From positions 372,001-436,000 of the forward strand of contig CBFFRQ010000032.1 of the NCBI GenBank assembly GCA_965644315.1: a stretch of DNA of 64,000 nt, read 5' to 3'. The stretch is from Caecitellus pseudoparvulus (lineage: Eukaryota; Protista; Bigyra: Bicosoecida). Position 1 is the first letter of the stretch, and the number at the start of each line of letters is the position of its first letter. This document shows, one piece after another, positions 53,400-64,000 of this stretch. Under the pieces are notes generated by a model. That model was not told the origin of the DNA. It saw nothing but the letters and a program-made list of their open reading frames with translations, and did no database searches. A program made the position numbers and the translations under genes.

Positions 53400-55265
53400 A
53401 TGGCCTGCGAAGGAGATGCGCCGCCGGCCGGCACGGCTGAGGTCTTGGTGCTGGGCTGTGGCGTGGCAGGGCTCAGCGCGGCCCTCGCTGCGTTGGAAGC
53501 GGGGGTCCGCAGCATCACTATCTTGGAGGCTCGGGACCGAGTTGGAGGCAGGGTGGCTGCGTGGCAGCCAAGCAGCACACCCGAGACCAGCGCCAGCGTG
53601 CTACCTTGCCACGGCTTCGACATTGGCGCAGCCTGGATCCGTACGTGCCAAGGAGGCTTCAGAGGCCATGCCTCTACAAGTGTGATACGCACCCCATCCT
53701 CGCTGCCCTCACCCGTTGCCTCCTTCAGATGGAACCGAGGGCAACCCGCTGCTGGAGTGGCTTCAATTTCCGCAGCAATCCGCCGCGCCCCCCTCTGCCA
53801 AAGCAGGGCAAGGTGCTTGCATGGAGCAGGGGCTGTATGAAGTGGCGCGTGCCAATCCATGGATGCACCCCGATAGCGAGGCCCTGCTGCTCAGCGCGGA
53901 ATCAGGCGGTGGCGTCGCGAAGCCCATCACAGCACAAGATGCCGAGGCGGCCGTTGCCGCGTGGCGGGGCACTGTCCTGCAGCAGGCGAGGGAAGCAGGT
54001 CTGAAGTGCTGCATGGAGGACGACGTCAGCACAACGGCTGCCGCTGTGCGGGACATGTGCGCTGACGCCGCTGCAGCGTCGCCGGGCCAGGTGGCAGCTC
54101 TAGCGTGGCTGCCTCACATGGTGGAGCTGTGGATGGGCGCTTCGCTGGGGCAGCTGCAGATGGCAGAGATGGCGACGACAGAGCTGTGGGGGGACTTCCC
54201 CGGTCCGCACTGCCTGGTGGGTGCCGGCGCCCCCACCGCGCCACCACCCCAGTCAGCCTGGGCTGCGTGGCTGCAGGCTCAGGCGCCTGCCTATGGCACC
54301 CGCCGCATCGTGCGCAACATGCTGCGGGCCATCGCACACGTGGCTACAGTGGAGGTGGTGTTGCAAGGTGACCCGTGCTGTGTCAGCAAGCCGCCAGGCG
54401 TTTCTGAGCCCGCCACGCTGCGCATCGAACTGGGTCAAACCGTCACAGCCGTGCAGTGGGACAGTGTGTGCCAGTGCACGACGTCAGCAGGTCGTGTGTG
54501 GAGCGCTCCTCACCTGCTCTGTTCGCTGCCTGTGGGCGTGCTGCAGAGCGCCCAGGTGCAGTGGAGCCCTGCGTTGCCGCAGTGGAAAACTGACGCCCTG
54601 CACAGGATCGGCGTCGGGCAGTACTGCAAGGCTGTGCTCACGTTTCCAGAGGCGACAACAGAGGCCTGGAAGACTCTGCCCCCCTTTTGGGGCCTGCACG
54701 AGCTGGACGGCACGTGTGCCAAGCCACAGCAACTGCCGCCAGTGGTGTACGTGGAGAATTACGCCGCCATGAAAGCGCAGCCTGCCCTCGTGGCAGTTTG
54801 GGGTGCGTGTTGCGCGTCTTACCATGGTGTCCGTTTCCCAACACGTGCAAGTACACCTCCCTTGTCTTCTTCGCAGTGGGGCAAGACGCAGCCTGCCTCG
54901 AGGACGCCCTGGCAGGCGGCAGCGTGAGTCCAGAGCAAGTGGTGGCGCACGCTGCTGCTGCTGCGTCCGCAGTGCTGTCAAGCCACGGACACCTGGCAGA
55001 AGGCAGCACCCTCACGCCCACCGCCAGCACCGTGACAGGCTGGCGCCACGACCTGTATGCACAAGGCGCGTACAGCTTCATCCCAGTCGGCGGCCTGGAG
55101 GATGACAATGACTTGCTGGGCGCGCCGGTGGCCAGTGAGGAAGGCGCCACCATTTGGTGGGCTGGAGAAGCTTGTCACGGCGAGTACATGGGCAGCCTAC
55201 ACGCGGCCTTGCTGACGGGGCAGGAGGCGGGAGCCAGCATCGGTTCTGCGCTGGCCAGCAGCTGA
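53400..55265 (+). CDS. Flavin-containing amine oxidase (polyamine oxidase-like)
   Basis: GCGVAGLSAA..LEARDRVGGRV, FDIGAAWIHG, SLPVGVLQ..PALP, W..D.YAQGAYS and WAGEA..GSLHAALLTG. Introns 53641-53728 and 54803-54876. Confidence 0.88.
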
Positions 55266-55299
55266 GCTGCGCCAGTAAAACTCAGACTCCAGACACAAC

Positions 55300-57030
55300 A
55301 TGGCCGCCACTCGCCGTGCACTTGCAGCTGCAGCCCGTCTGTGCATGCCCCGAGCACCTCGTGTGTCCAGCCTCTTTACCCCCTTTACCATGGCTGCCGC
55401 AACGCCGCCTGCTGCCCCCGTGCCGGAGCCAGCCGTGCTGGGTGTGCCTGCGGAATTCAGCACTGGCAGCACGCTGGCATTCGAAAGCGCCTCCGGCAAG
55501 CTGGATGCAGACACAGTGGTGATTGTTGGCGAGGCAGTGCATGTGCAGGAGGCGGCCAAGGGCACCTCTGACGTGGCCACGTTCTTGAACAGCAGCCCTG
55601 CAATTAAGGTTGGCCTCGTGGACGCAGCCACTTCCCCCAGCGACGCAGCCAGCGCCGCCAGCACACTGGTGCCAGCTGGATCGGGCGTGCAGAAGGTCGT
55701 CGTCATCTCCCTGCCCAAGGTCGCTGGGCGGCACAACTGTGCAGCCCGCCCCCACGCCATCCGCAAGGCACTCGTGTCAGCGGGCTTGAGTGGTACGTGC
55801 TGAGCACGGCCCACCACGCCAGAGCCACGCACGCCCCACCCCCACGCTGTCCCGGCCTCCACAGGCTCCGTGCAAGTTGTGCACGTCATCCCCGACCCCT
55901 CCCGGGCCCTGCCAGCGGCCCTGGCCGTGTCCCGCGCTGTGCCTGCGTATTCCCACAAGAGCGCCAAGCCTGCCGCAGCACACGTGCGTGTGTCCTTCCT
56001 GACCCTGGACGGCTCCGAGGTGACGGGCACTGCGCGCATGGCGACTCTCAGCTCAAGCGTGCGCATGGCAGGGTCCCTGGTGGACATGCCCACCTCTGAG
56101 CTGCACACGGACTACTACGTCGAGGTGGCTCGCGCCGTGGCTGCGGAAACTGGAGCCAGCATCGAAGTCATTGCCGGCGAGCAGCTGCGCGAGCGCGGCT
56201 ACGGCGGCCTGTGGGGCGTCGGGCAGGCGTCTGTGCACCTCCCTGCACTGGCCATCCTCACCTTCATCCCGCCCGGCACTGACACAGCCGCGCCCTCTGT
56301 GTGCATGGTGGGCAAGGGCATCGTGTACGACACCGGCGGCCTGAGCATCAAGACCAAGACCGGCATGCCTGGCATGAAGAAGGACATGGGTGGCAGCGCC
56401 GGCATCCTGGGCGCCTTCCGCTCCTTGGCCCTGGCCGGCGGCGTGCCAGGGCGCCCCCTGCACGCCCTCCTGTGCCTGGCGGAGAACAGCGTGAGCAAGG
56501 AAGCGCAGCGTCCCGATGACGTCATCACGCTGTACTCGGGCAAGACGGTGGAGCTGAACAACACCGACGCGGAGGGGCGCCTGGTGCTGGGGGACGGCGT
56601 GGCGCACTGCGTGGCGCACCTGAACCCCGCCGTCGTCCTGGACATGGCCACCCTGACTGGGGCGCAGGGCATCGCCACTGGGCGCAACCACGGCGCCCTG
56701 TACTGCAACTGCGACGAGCTGGAGGCGGCGGCCGTGGCTGCAGGCAAGACCAGCGGGGACCTGGTGCATCCCCTGCCCTACGCGCCTGAGTTCTACCGCG
56801 CCGAGTTCCGCAGCACCGTCGCAGACATGAAGAACAGCGTCGCAGACCGCGCCAACGCGCAGTCCTCCTGCGCCGGGCAGTTCGTGGGGAACCACCTGGG
56901 GGACTTCATCACCACCGGCAAGTGGTGCCACATCGACATGGCCTACCCTGCTTCCTCAGGCGAGCGCGGCACAGGCTTCGGAGTGGCGCTGCTGGAGCAG
57001 CTGGCGCAGACGTTCAAGGTGACCACCTGA
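55300..57030 (+). CDS. NPEPL1: M17 leucyl aminopeptidase, NPEPL1-like
   Basis: GKGIVYDTGGLSIK, MPGMKKDMGG, NNTDAEGRLVL, DMATLTGAQGIATG and ADMKNSVADR. Intron 55793-55864. Confidence 0.9.
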
Positions 57031-57108
57031 GCCCACTGCCAATGCACGACCAGCGCGGGACATGACACAGCAGATGCATTGCTGCCGCACCAAGGGGGGG
57101 TAGACTGC

Positions 57109-57926
57109 TTACAGGCGGCGACCACGGCGGCCGTTGCTGCGGCGAGTGCTGTCTGTGGGGATGGGCGTGACATCTTCGATGCGGCCGATCTTCAGGCCAG
57201 AGCGGGCCAGGGCGCGCAGGGCAGCCTGGCCACCGGGGCCGGGGGCCTTGGTCTTGTTTCCGCCAGTGCCGCGGATCTTGATGTGCAGGGCGGTGATGCC
57301 GATCTGCTTGCAGCGCTCGGAGACGTCCTGGGCGGCCAGCATGGCAGCGTAGGGGGAGGCCTCATCGCGGTCAGCGCGGACCTTCATGCCGCCTGTGACA
57401 CGGCAGATGGTCTCACGGCCACTGATATCAGTCACGTGCACGAAGGTGTCGTTGAAAGAGGCGAAGATGTGCGCCACGGCGAACAGCTCCTCGCCATCAG
57501 CGATCTTGGGGCCCAGGCGGACCACCTCCTCCACCTTCTCAGTCTTGCCGCCCTTCTTGGACTGTGGGGGGGGGGGTGCGGCGAGAGCACGTGTGAAGTC
57601 GGCGCTACGTTCGAGTGCTACACAGCTACAGAAACAGCTGGGCTAGGTCAGGCGCCCCACTGGCCCGAAAATGTGCGGGCGCCAGGTGCGGTGCGGAATT
57701 AGGACTGCACCCAACAGCCACTGCGCCGCTGCCAGGCAGCTGCCCAAGGCAGCGCATCAACCATAGCAGGTGTGCAGCTAGGGACATCACACCACGTGTG
57801 GCGTGTGTGCCACTTGCTGCTGCCCAGTGGGTGTGCCCGACTGATTCCAGGCGCCAGCCTGAAAAGCACCAGCCTCCTGCCTGCGCCGGCCCTGCACACT
57901 GCACCACACGCTCAGTCACTCACCAT
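57109..57926 (-). CDS. RPS14: 40S ribosomal protein S14 (uS11)
   Basis: [55 protein letters not shown]. The ATG at 57924-57926 is followed directly by a 362-nt intron (57562-57923, GTGAGT..CAG). Confidence 0.96.
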
Positions 57927-58077
57927 GATGGCTATGGAGTTGCAGGACAAAATCCACAACTGAAACCTACTGTCGGGTGCTGTGTCTTGGCTGGAAAGTG
58001 CAGTGGGTGAACTTGCAGGGCAGGCATTTGCAGCTGTGAATTCAATATGCGATGCGCGAATGATTCATTTTTGAGTT

Positions 58078-59556
58078 TCACAGGCGCCCGCCGCTCACGT
58101 GCTCTGCCACTGCCCGCACGACATGCTTGCGAAGCACGCCATAGGCAGCAATCACTTTCCCACGCTGGGAATAGGTCATGCGTGACATGTCCAAGTGCCA
58201 CAATGCTGCAGCCGGGATCATGGCCTTTGCACGGCGCAGGAAGAACAGCGCGGCATCCAACGTTGACCTTGGACCGCACAGTTCGAGGGGCAGGTGCCGC
58301 AGCACCGATGCACCCCTGAACTGCATGCCAGGGAAGTCAAAGTCTGGAGGCGGCTCCAAGCTTCCCTCTAGCACTGCAGTGGGAATGCTCGCCAGGGGCA
58401 GCGCTTGCAGCGGAATGGCCGCGAGCTGCTGCATGGCGACGGGGTCCGGCAGCACGCCAGACTGGGCCAGCGCCTTGTCAACCTCATCCACACTCATGCC
58501 ACTAGAGACCCCGGCGTGCACCAGCTCCGACTTCAGCGCCTGGGCCTCTGCCGCGTCCTGCGTGGCGTTCCTGCCAGACGTAACGCCCTGTGCTGTCGGC
58601 GTCGTGGCGGATGTTGCGGTGCTGCTTGCCTCGACGGCATTCAAGCGCCTGCCAACGTGGTCTGGCGGGGCCTTCTGCAGACAGGCCCGTGTGATTTCCA
58701 GGGCCTCGGCCCGGGCCTGCCTGTTCGTTTCCGAGCGCAGGTAGCGAGGAAGTCGCGCCGCGCCCTGGCGTGGGCGGATGCCACCCCGGATAGCGCCTGC
58801 ATCTGCCTTGGGCTGCTTGGCAAAGACGAAGAAGCTGGAAGTGGTCACAACCTCCTTGTTCGCTATGAGAAACGCAAGCTTGAAGGGGCCTGCGCGAGGC
58901 GGGTGCAGGGGTTTCTGGGAGGTCCATGCCGCAGCTGTGCTGTGTCACTCACGGCCGCAGTGGGCTGAAGAAATAGGGAGGGACCGGGGGGCCACACAGG
59001 CCAGGACGACACCCCTTGCTTCTGGGTCAGGCATGTATCGCACAGAAGGCGCGTCTATGTTGCGGGTTAGCAGCGCCTGCGCCCCTTCAGACGCATCCTC
59101 GTGAAAGGTGTGGGGTACTTGCCCATCAAAGTACAGCAAGTCCGCGTGGATAAGGGAACTCAGCACCTCCTCAACGATCTTCAAGAGGCCTTGGCTCCCT
59201 GGCTGCTGGATGCGCATGCGCAGCTCGTCGTTCATTCCGGCATGTACTTGAGATACGACGCTCCCCGCAAGCTGGATTCGAACGACCACCCTCACAGTCT
59301 GCAAGCAGCGGACGGAGGGCACAGCGTTCACATGAGCGAGGAACGGGGCGCAGCGAGCACTGGAAGGTCTACGAGGCGGTGTCACAGCCGCTGGCTTCGG
59401 TGAGGAGCACACCTGGCTGCCCTGCGGAATGTGAACGGTCCTTGCGGGCGCATGGCAACGCACACTGTCCAGTCTGCCTTCCGCATTGCGACTTGAGCTG
59501 TACACTGTGTGTGGAGGATTCAGAACCACAAACGATTGGGCAGGAAGGGGGTTCAT
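58078..59556 (-). CDS. Hypothetical protein with a possible Ig-fold (STAT/p53/CudA-like) DNA-binding domain
   Basis: The spliced model (introns 59299-59412 and 58890-58952) gives ISSAHCGRPFKLAFL..TTSSFFVFAKQPK followed by a basic stretch. Confidence 0.5.
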
Positions 59557-60056
59557 CGCAGGCTGCGCGCCCTGGGCTACGCTGTCTAACGCCTCTTTGG
59601 TTTGAGAACCGGCTTCGCCAAGTCACTCAGCTGTGTTGATGGCCGGCTGGGCAGGGCGGGCTCTGCAGTGCCCGAAGGCAAGCAAGGTCATGCTTAGACA
59701 TCGAAAAGCTACTTGTTCATGCCAATGGCGGATTAAATTTGCTCATCACGTGTGGTGCGCGCCTCTTTTTCTCTCGGCCAGGCCATGATGCTGGCTCGGA
59801 CATGCGCCTCCCCTGCTCAGAAGCTGGCAGGCAACAAAGGTGCGGTGCAGTCACCTAAAGCTTGCTTGCCCCCCCTCCACCTCTTTCGTTTCGCTGTGCT
59901 GTGGACAGTGTACCTGTGCCGTGCCCTGATCGGCACGCTACGGCCCGGACACAGAGCGTGCGAGGTCAGTCAATCCTGCCGCCCTGGCACTTTCCACAAC
60001 CCCTGCAGGCTTGGCGAATCTGGTGTTCAGGTCAGCCACCCACACCAGCGCCTGCC

Positions 60057-63000
60057 ATGGCGAGTGAAGCAAGTGGGGCGGCCGCCCCCGAGAGCGGCAG
60101 CTTGTCGCCGTCCGCCGCCCGGCTCAAGTCGCTGAAGGAGGCCAGGATGTCCAAGCTCGCCGACCTGCAGAAGCAACACCGCACGGAGAGCAAGGCGCAC
60201 GACTCTCAGACAGCATCAGCTCGTTTGGAGTTCCTCATGCAGCAGGCTGAGGTGTTCTCTCACTTCATGTCACCCGAGGCAGAGGGAGGCAAGGGCGCTG
60301 CTGGCGGCAAGAAGCGGAAGAAGGCGGCTGCAGGTGCTGGAGGGGGCGCAGGGGGGCGCCGCGCCGTCGGCCGGAAGAGCGAGAACGAAGAAGACGAAGA
60401 GCTTGTGGCAGCTGCCATGGGCGGAGCTGGTGATTCCACACGCCTGACCAAGCAGCCGTCCCTGCTGGTGGGAGGCACGCTGCGGGATTACCAGCTGGAG
60501 GGTTTGAATTGGCTCATCAACCTGTACGACACGGGCATTAACGGAATCCTTGCCGAGTACGTGCTGACTGAGCCCTCGCATGCATGCTGCTCGTGTGGTA
60601 CCGCTCTGGCTTCCCCCCACGCAGCGAAATGGGCCTCGGCAAGACCGTGCAGGTGAGCGGCGTTTCCTGGCCCGGGCTGGATTTGAGCGCTGTAGCATGC
60701 ACTGCTGCCGCCCCTCCCTCTGCCACCACACAGAGCATTTCCTTCCTCACCTTCCTACGAGAGTTCCGGGATGTGAAGGGCCCCCACATCATCATCGTCC
60801 CCAAGTCCACCATGGGCAACTGGTGCCGAGAGCTGGCCCGGTGGGCGCCATGTATGAAGGTGCTGCGCCTGCAGGGGCCCAAGGAGGAGCGCCAGGCCCT
60901 CGTCAGGGACCACCTGTTGACTGGCACATACGATGTCGTGGTGACGACCTTTGAGACCGTCATCATCGAGCGCGCTGCCCTGCGCAAGTTCTCGTGGCGG
61001 GTGCTGGTGCTTGACGAAGCGCACCGCATCAAGAACGAAAAGAGCTCCCTGAGCATGGAGCTGAGGCAGCTGGAGACACAGAGCCGCCTGCTGCTGACAG
61101 GCACCCCCCTACAGAACAACCTGCACGAGCTGTGGGCGCTGCTGAACTTCCTGCTGCCTGACGTGTTCTCCAGCTCGGAAGACTTTGACCGCTGGTTCGC
61201 GGACGAGGGCGAGGGCGGCGGCGTGCAGCAGAGCGCCGTGAAGAAGCTGCACGCGATTCTGAAGCCCTTCCTGCTGCGCCGCTTGAAGGCGGACGTGGAG
61301 CACTCCCTGAAGCCGAAGATCGAGACGAAGCTGTACGTGGGCATGACTGCCCTGCAGAAAGAGTGGTACAAGCGCATCCTGTCCAAGGACGTCATCACCC
61401 TGAACGCCATTGGCGGCCCCGAGCGTGTGCGTCTGCTCAACATCCTCATGCAGCTGCGCAAGGTGTGCAACCACCCGTACCTGTTCGAGGGAGCCGAGCC
61501 TGGCCCTCCGTACACCAACGGCCCTCACCTGTGGGAGAGCTCTGGCAAGATGGTGCTGCTGCACAAGCTGCTGCCGAAGCTGAAGCAACAGGGCAGCCGT
61601 GTGTTGATCTTCTCGCAGATGACACGGCAGCTGGACATCCTGGAGGACTACTTCATGAGCTACGGGGAGAAGTACTGCCGCATCGACGGCAACACCAAGG
61701 GTGTCGTGCGTGACGAGATGATGGACCAGTTCAACGCACCAGACAGCGAGTTCTTCGCCTTCCTCCTGTCCACCCGAGCTGGCGGCCTGGGCATCAACCT
61801 GTACACGGCAGACGTCGTCATCTTGTACGACAGCGACTGGAACCCGCAGATGGACCTGCAGGCCATGGACCGAGCCCACCGCATTGGGCAAAAGAAGCAG
61901 GTGCGTGTGTTCCGCTTCATCACCGAGAACACAGTGGAGGAGAAGATCATCGAGCGTGCCGAGCGCAAGCTGTACCTGGACGCAGTGGTGGTGGAGCAGG
62001 GGCGCCTGATGGAGAAGAACAAGACGCTGTCCAAGGACGAGCTCATGACCATGGTGCGCTTTGGCGCTGACGAGATCTTCCGGTCCAAAGACGCCACCCT
62101 GACCGACGAGGACATCGACGCCATCCTGGCTCGAGGAGAGGAGAAGACGAAAGGCCTCAGCGACAAGATCCAGCGCGACATGTCCCACAACCTGGCGAAC
62201 TTCTCCCTCTCTTCAGATTGGCAGAGCAGCTTCACCAGCGTGGCGGAGGAGGGGGCAGGCGGCAGCGCCGGCGCGGCAGCTGCGGCAGCCACCACCTTCA
62301 TCCCCCTCCCACAGCGCGAGCGCAAGAAGAACTACGATATCGATGCCGCCTACCAGGCCATCATGGGCGTGTCTTCCACGGGGCGCCGCAAAGGCACGCC
62401 GCACCGGCTCTCCAAGGCGCCCAGCATGTCAGACCACCAGTTCTTCAACTCCAAGCGCATCCACGAGATCTACGACAAGGAAGACGCCATCTTGCGCACA
62501 CGAAAGGACGCCAACAAGCGCCTGGCCGAGCTGCGTGTGGAGCACAACAAGCGCCGGCGCCGGTGGGTGAAGGCGCGCATCACGGAGATGCAGGCGGAGG
62601 CGGCAGGTGGAGGCGGCGCCACGCCGGCTGCCTCGCCCACGGGCTCAGAGGGCTCAGAGGATGGGGAAGTAGAGGTGCCAGGGCGCGCCGAGCTGCGGGG
62701 ACAAGCTGAGGCTGAGTTCGATGAGCGGTTTCCACCAGAGGAAGTGCAGAAGGTGGAGGCGGCTCTGGAGGACATGCCCACCGGCCTGGAGCCGGAGGAG
62801 GAGGAGGAGCGCGACGCCCTTCTTGCAGAAGGTTTCAAGGAGTGGTCCAAGAAGGACTTCCGGTCCTACATCTCTGCTCTGGAGCGGTATGGTCGCAGCG
62901 AGGAGGCGGAAGGCATGGTGTTAGCTGAGGTGGCAGAGGTGACGGAGAAGCCCCTGGAAGACGTTAAAAAGTACCACGAAGTGTTCATGGAGCGGTACAA

Positions 63001-63499
63001 GGAAATCGACGGGTACCAGCGGTACCTGGATCGCATCGAGAAGGGCGAGGAGAAGCTTAGCAAGCGCCAGCGCATCGAGGCAGAGGTGGCTGAGAAAGTG
63101 GCTCGCCACACAAACCCGTACACGAGCTTGACCCTGGACTACAGCAACGCCAACTGGCGGGGCGTAGCGGCAGGCTTCACCCCTGAAGAAGACAGGTTCC
63201 TGGTGTGCATGATGCACGAGCTGGGGTATGGGGAGTGGGACGCACTCCGCGTGCAGGTGCGCCAGGCGTACCAGTTCCGCTTTGACTGGTTCATCAAGTC
63301 CAGGACGCCTGACGAGCTGGCCCGGCGGTGCGAGACCCTCATCCGCCTCATCGAGCGGGAGAACGCGGACGTGCGTGGGGAGGCCCCTGGCGCCACGCCT
63401 CGCCCCGGCAAGACGCGTGCCAAGCGAGCACCCTCTCCACCCCCTGACGCCTCAGCTGCAGCAGCGCCCTCGGCTGCCAAGCGCCCCCGCACAGACTAG
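60057..63499 (+). CDS. SMARCA5: ISWI chromatin-remodelling ATPase (SNF2 family, HAND-SANT-SLIDE)
   Basis: [73 protein letters not shown] and the SLIDE segment [20 protein letters not shown]. Introns 60557-60624 and 60653-60733. Confidence 0.96.
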
Positions 63500-63657
63500 G
63501 CATGCGGCGGGCCCGCTCAATTCAAAACTGCGACGCTGCCTCCCCATGCGCACTGCTTGCGACTCCCCCTCAGCGGCAGCTCCCCCCGCTGCCTGCACCA
63601 GGCAACTCACCTGCCGAAGCGGCCGCCTGCTGCGCTCACCATTCACCCCTGACAGCC

Positions 63658-64000
63658 ATGGCCGACGCCCAAGGGGACCAGGGTCCTCCACTGGACCCTG
63701 AGAGGGTGCTGGAGCAGATCTTGAGCACAGATACAGGGTGTGTGCTGGCGCAGGGCATTGAGAGCGCCGGCGCAGGCTCACTCCGCTGCCTTCCTGCCAC
63801 CACACGCAGAGACATGCAAGCTGTGGCACGCCTGGCGGATGCCCTCCGGTACCATGAAAAGGGCTTCCGCAAGCGCCCAGAAGCCGCGTCCCAGATCGCC
63901 CAACACGTGGAGCTGCCCAAGGACACGGCTGCAGCCGCGTTTCTCCTGTATGTGCCCGCCCGTCCACCACGCCAAAACGTGCCAGCATGCATGGCGGCTC
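63658..64000 (+). CDS. 5' part of a gene, possibly COP9 signalosome subunit 3-like; truncated by the window edge
   Basis: ATG at 63658 and intron 63738-63809 give ERVLEQILSTDTGDMQAVARLADALRYHEKGF..HVELPKDTAAAAFLL, then a GTATGT donor. The helical pattern resembles the CSN3 N-terminus. Confidence 0.4.
   Translation, partial: MADAQGDQGPPLDPERVLEQILSTDTGCVLAQGIESAGAGSLRCLPATTRRDMQAVARLADALRYHEKGFRKRPEAASQIAQHVELPKDTAAAAFLLYVPARPPRQNVPACMAA

Noticed and set aside
24440-57030. Three N-terminal exopeptidases (M1, C15, M17), plus amine oxidase and ALDH, as a metabolic gene cluster
   Set aside because: They are interspersed with unrelated housekeeping genes and have different predicted compartments, so chance is sufficient.
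59265-59295. GTTCGAATCC (T-loop/B-box-like) on the minus strand
   Set aside because: It lies in a coding exon and no cloverleaf stems surround it, so it is not a tRNA.

Overview
GC-rich, very gene-dense eukaryotic chromosome segment. About 26 protein-coding genes carry short GT-AG introns (mostly 63-90 nt), and many convergent gene pairs are only 10-90 bp apart. Gene content (outer-arm dynein, BBS1, Gemin2, TFIIE-beta, ISWI, RPS14, bacterial-type PepN) points to a flagellated protist, probably a heterotrophic stramenopile (inference). No rRNA, tRNA, CRISPR array or recognisable transposase was seen. Most genes are housekeeping genes. The main items of interest are: (1) an intronless, compositionally distinct gene at 44642-47161 encoding 18 exactly 38-aa ankyrin-type modules, with a fixed scaffold, hypervariable surface positions and signs of module shuffling; (2) a heptamer, CAATGCA, found in sense orientation shortly after the stop codon of 9 genes, a candidate non-canonical 3'-processing signal; (3) an ANKRD16-like protein; (4) a predicted membrane-anchored pyroglutamyl peptidase; (5) an unusually long RPS14 intron containing a possible poison acceptor; (6) several orphan genes with tentative fold assignments. 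Exon structures were inferred by eye and family calls rest on remembered motifs, not database searches.
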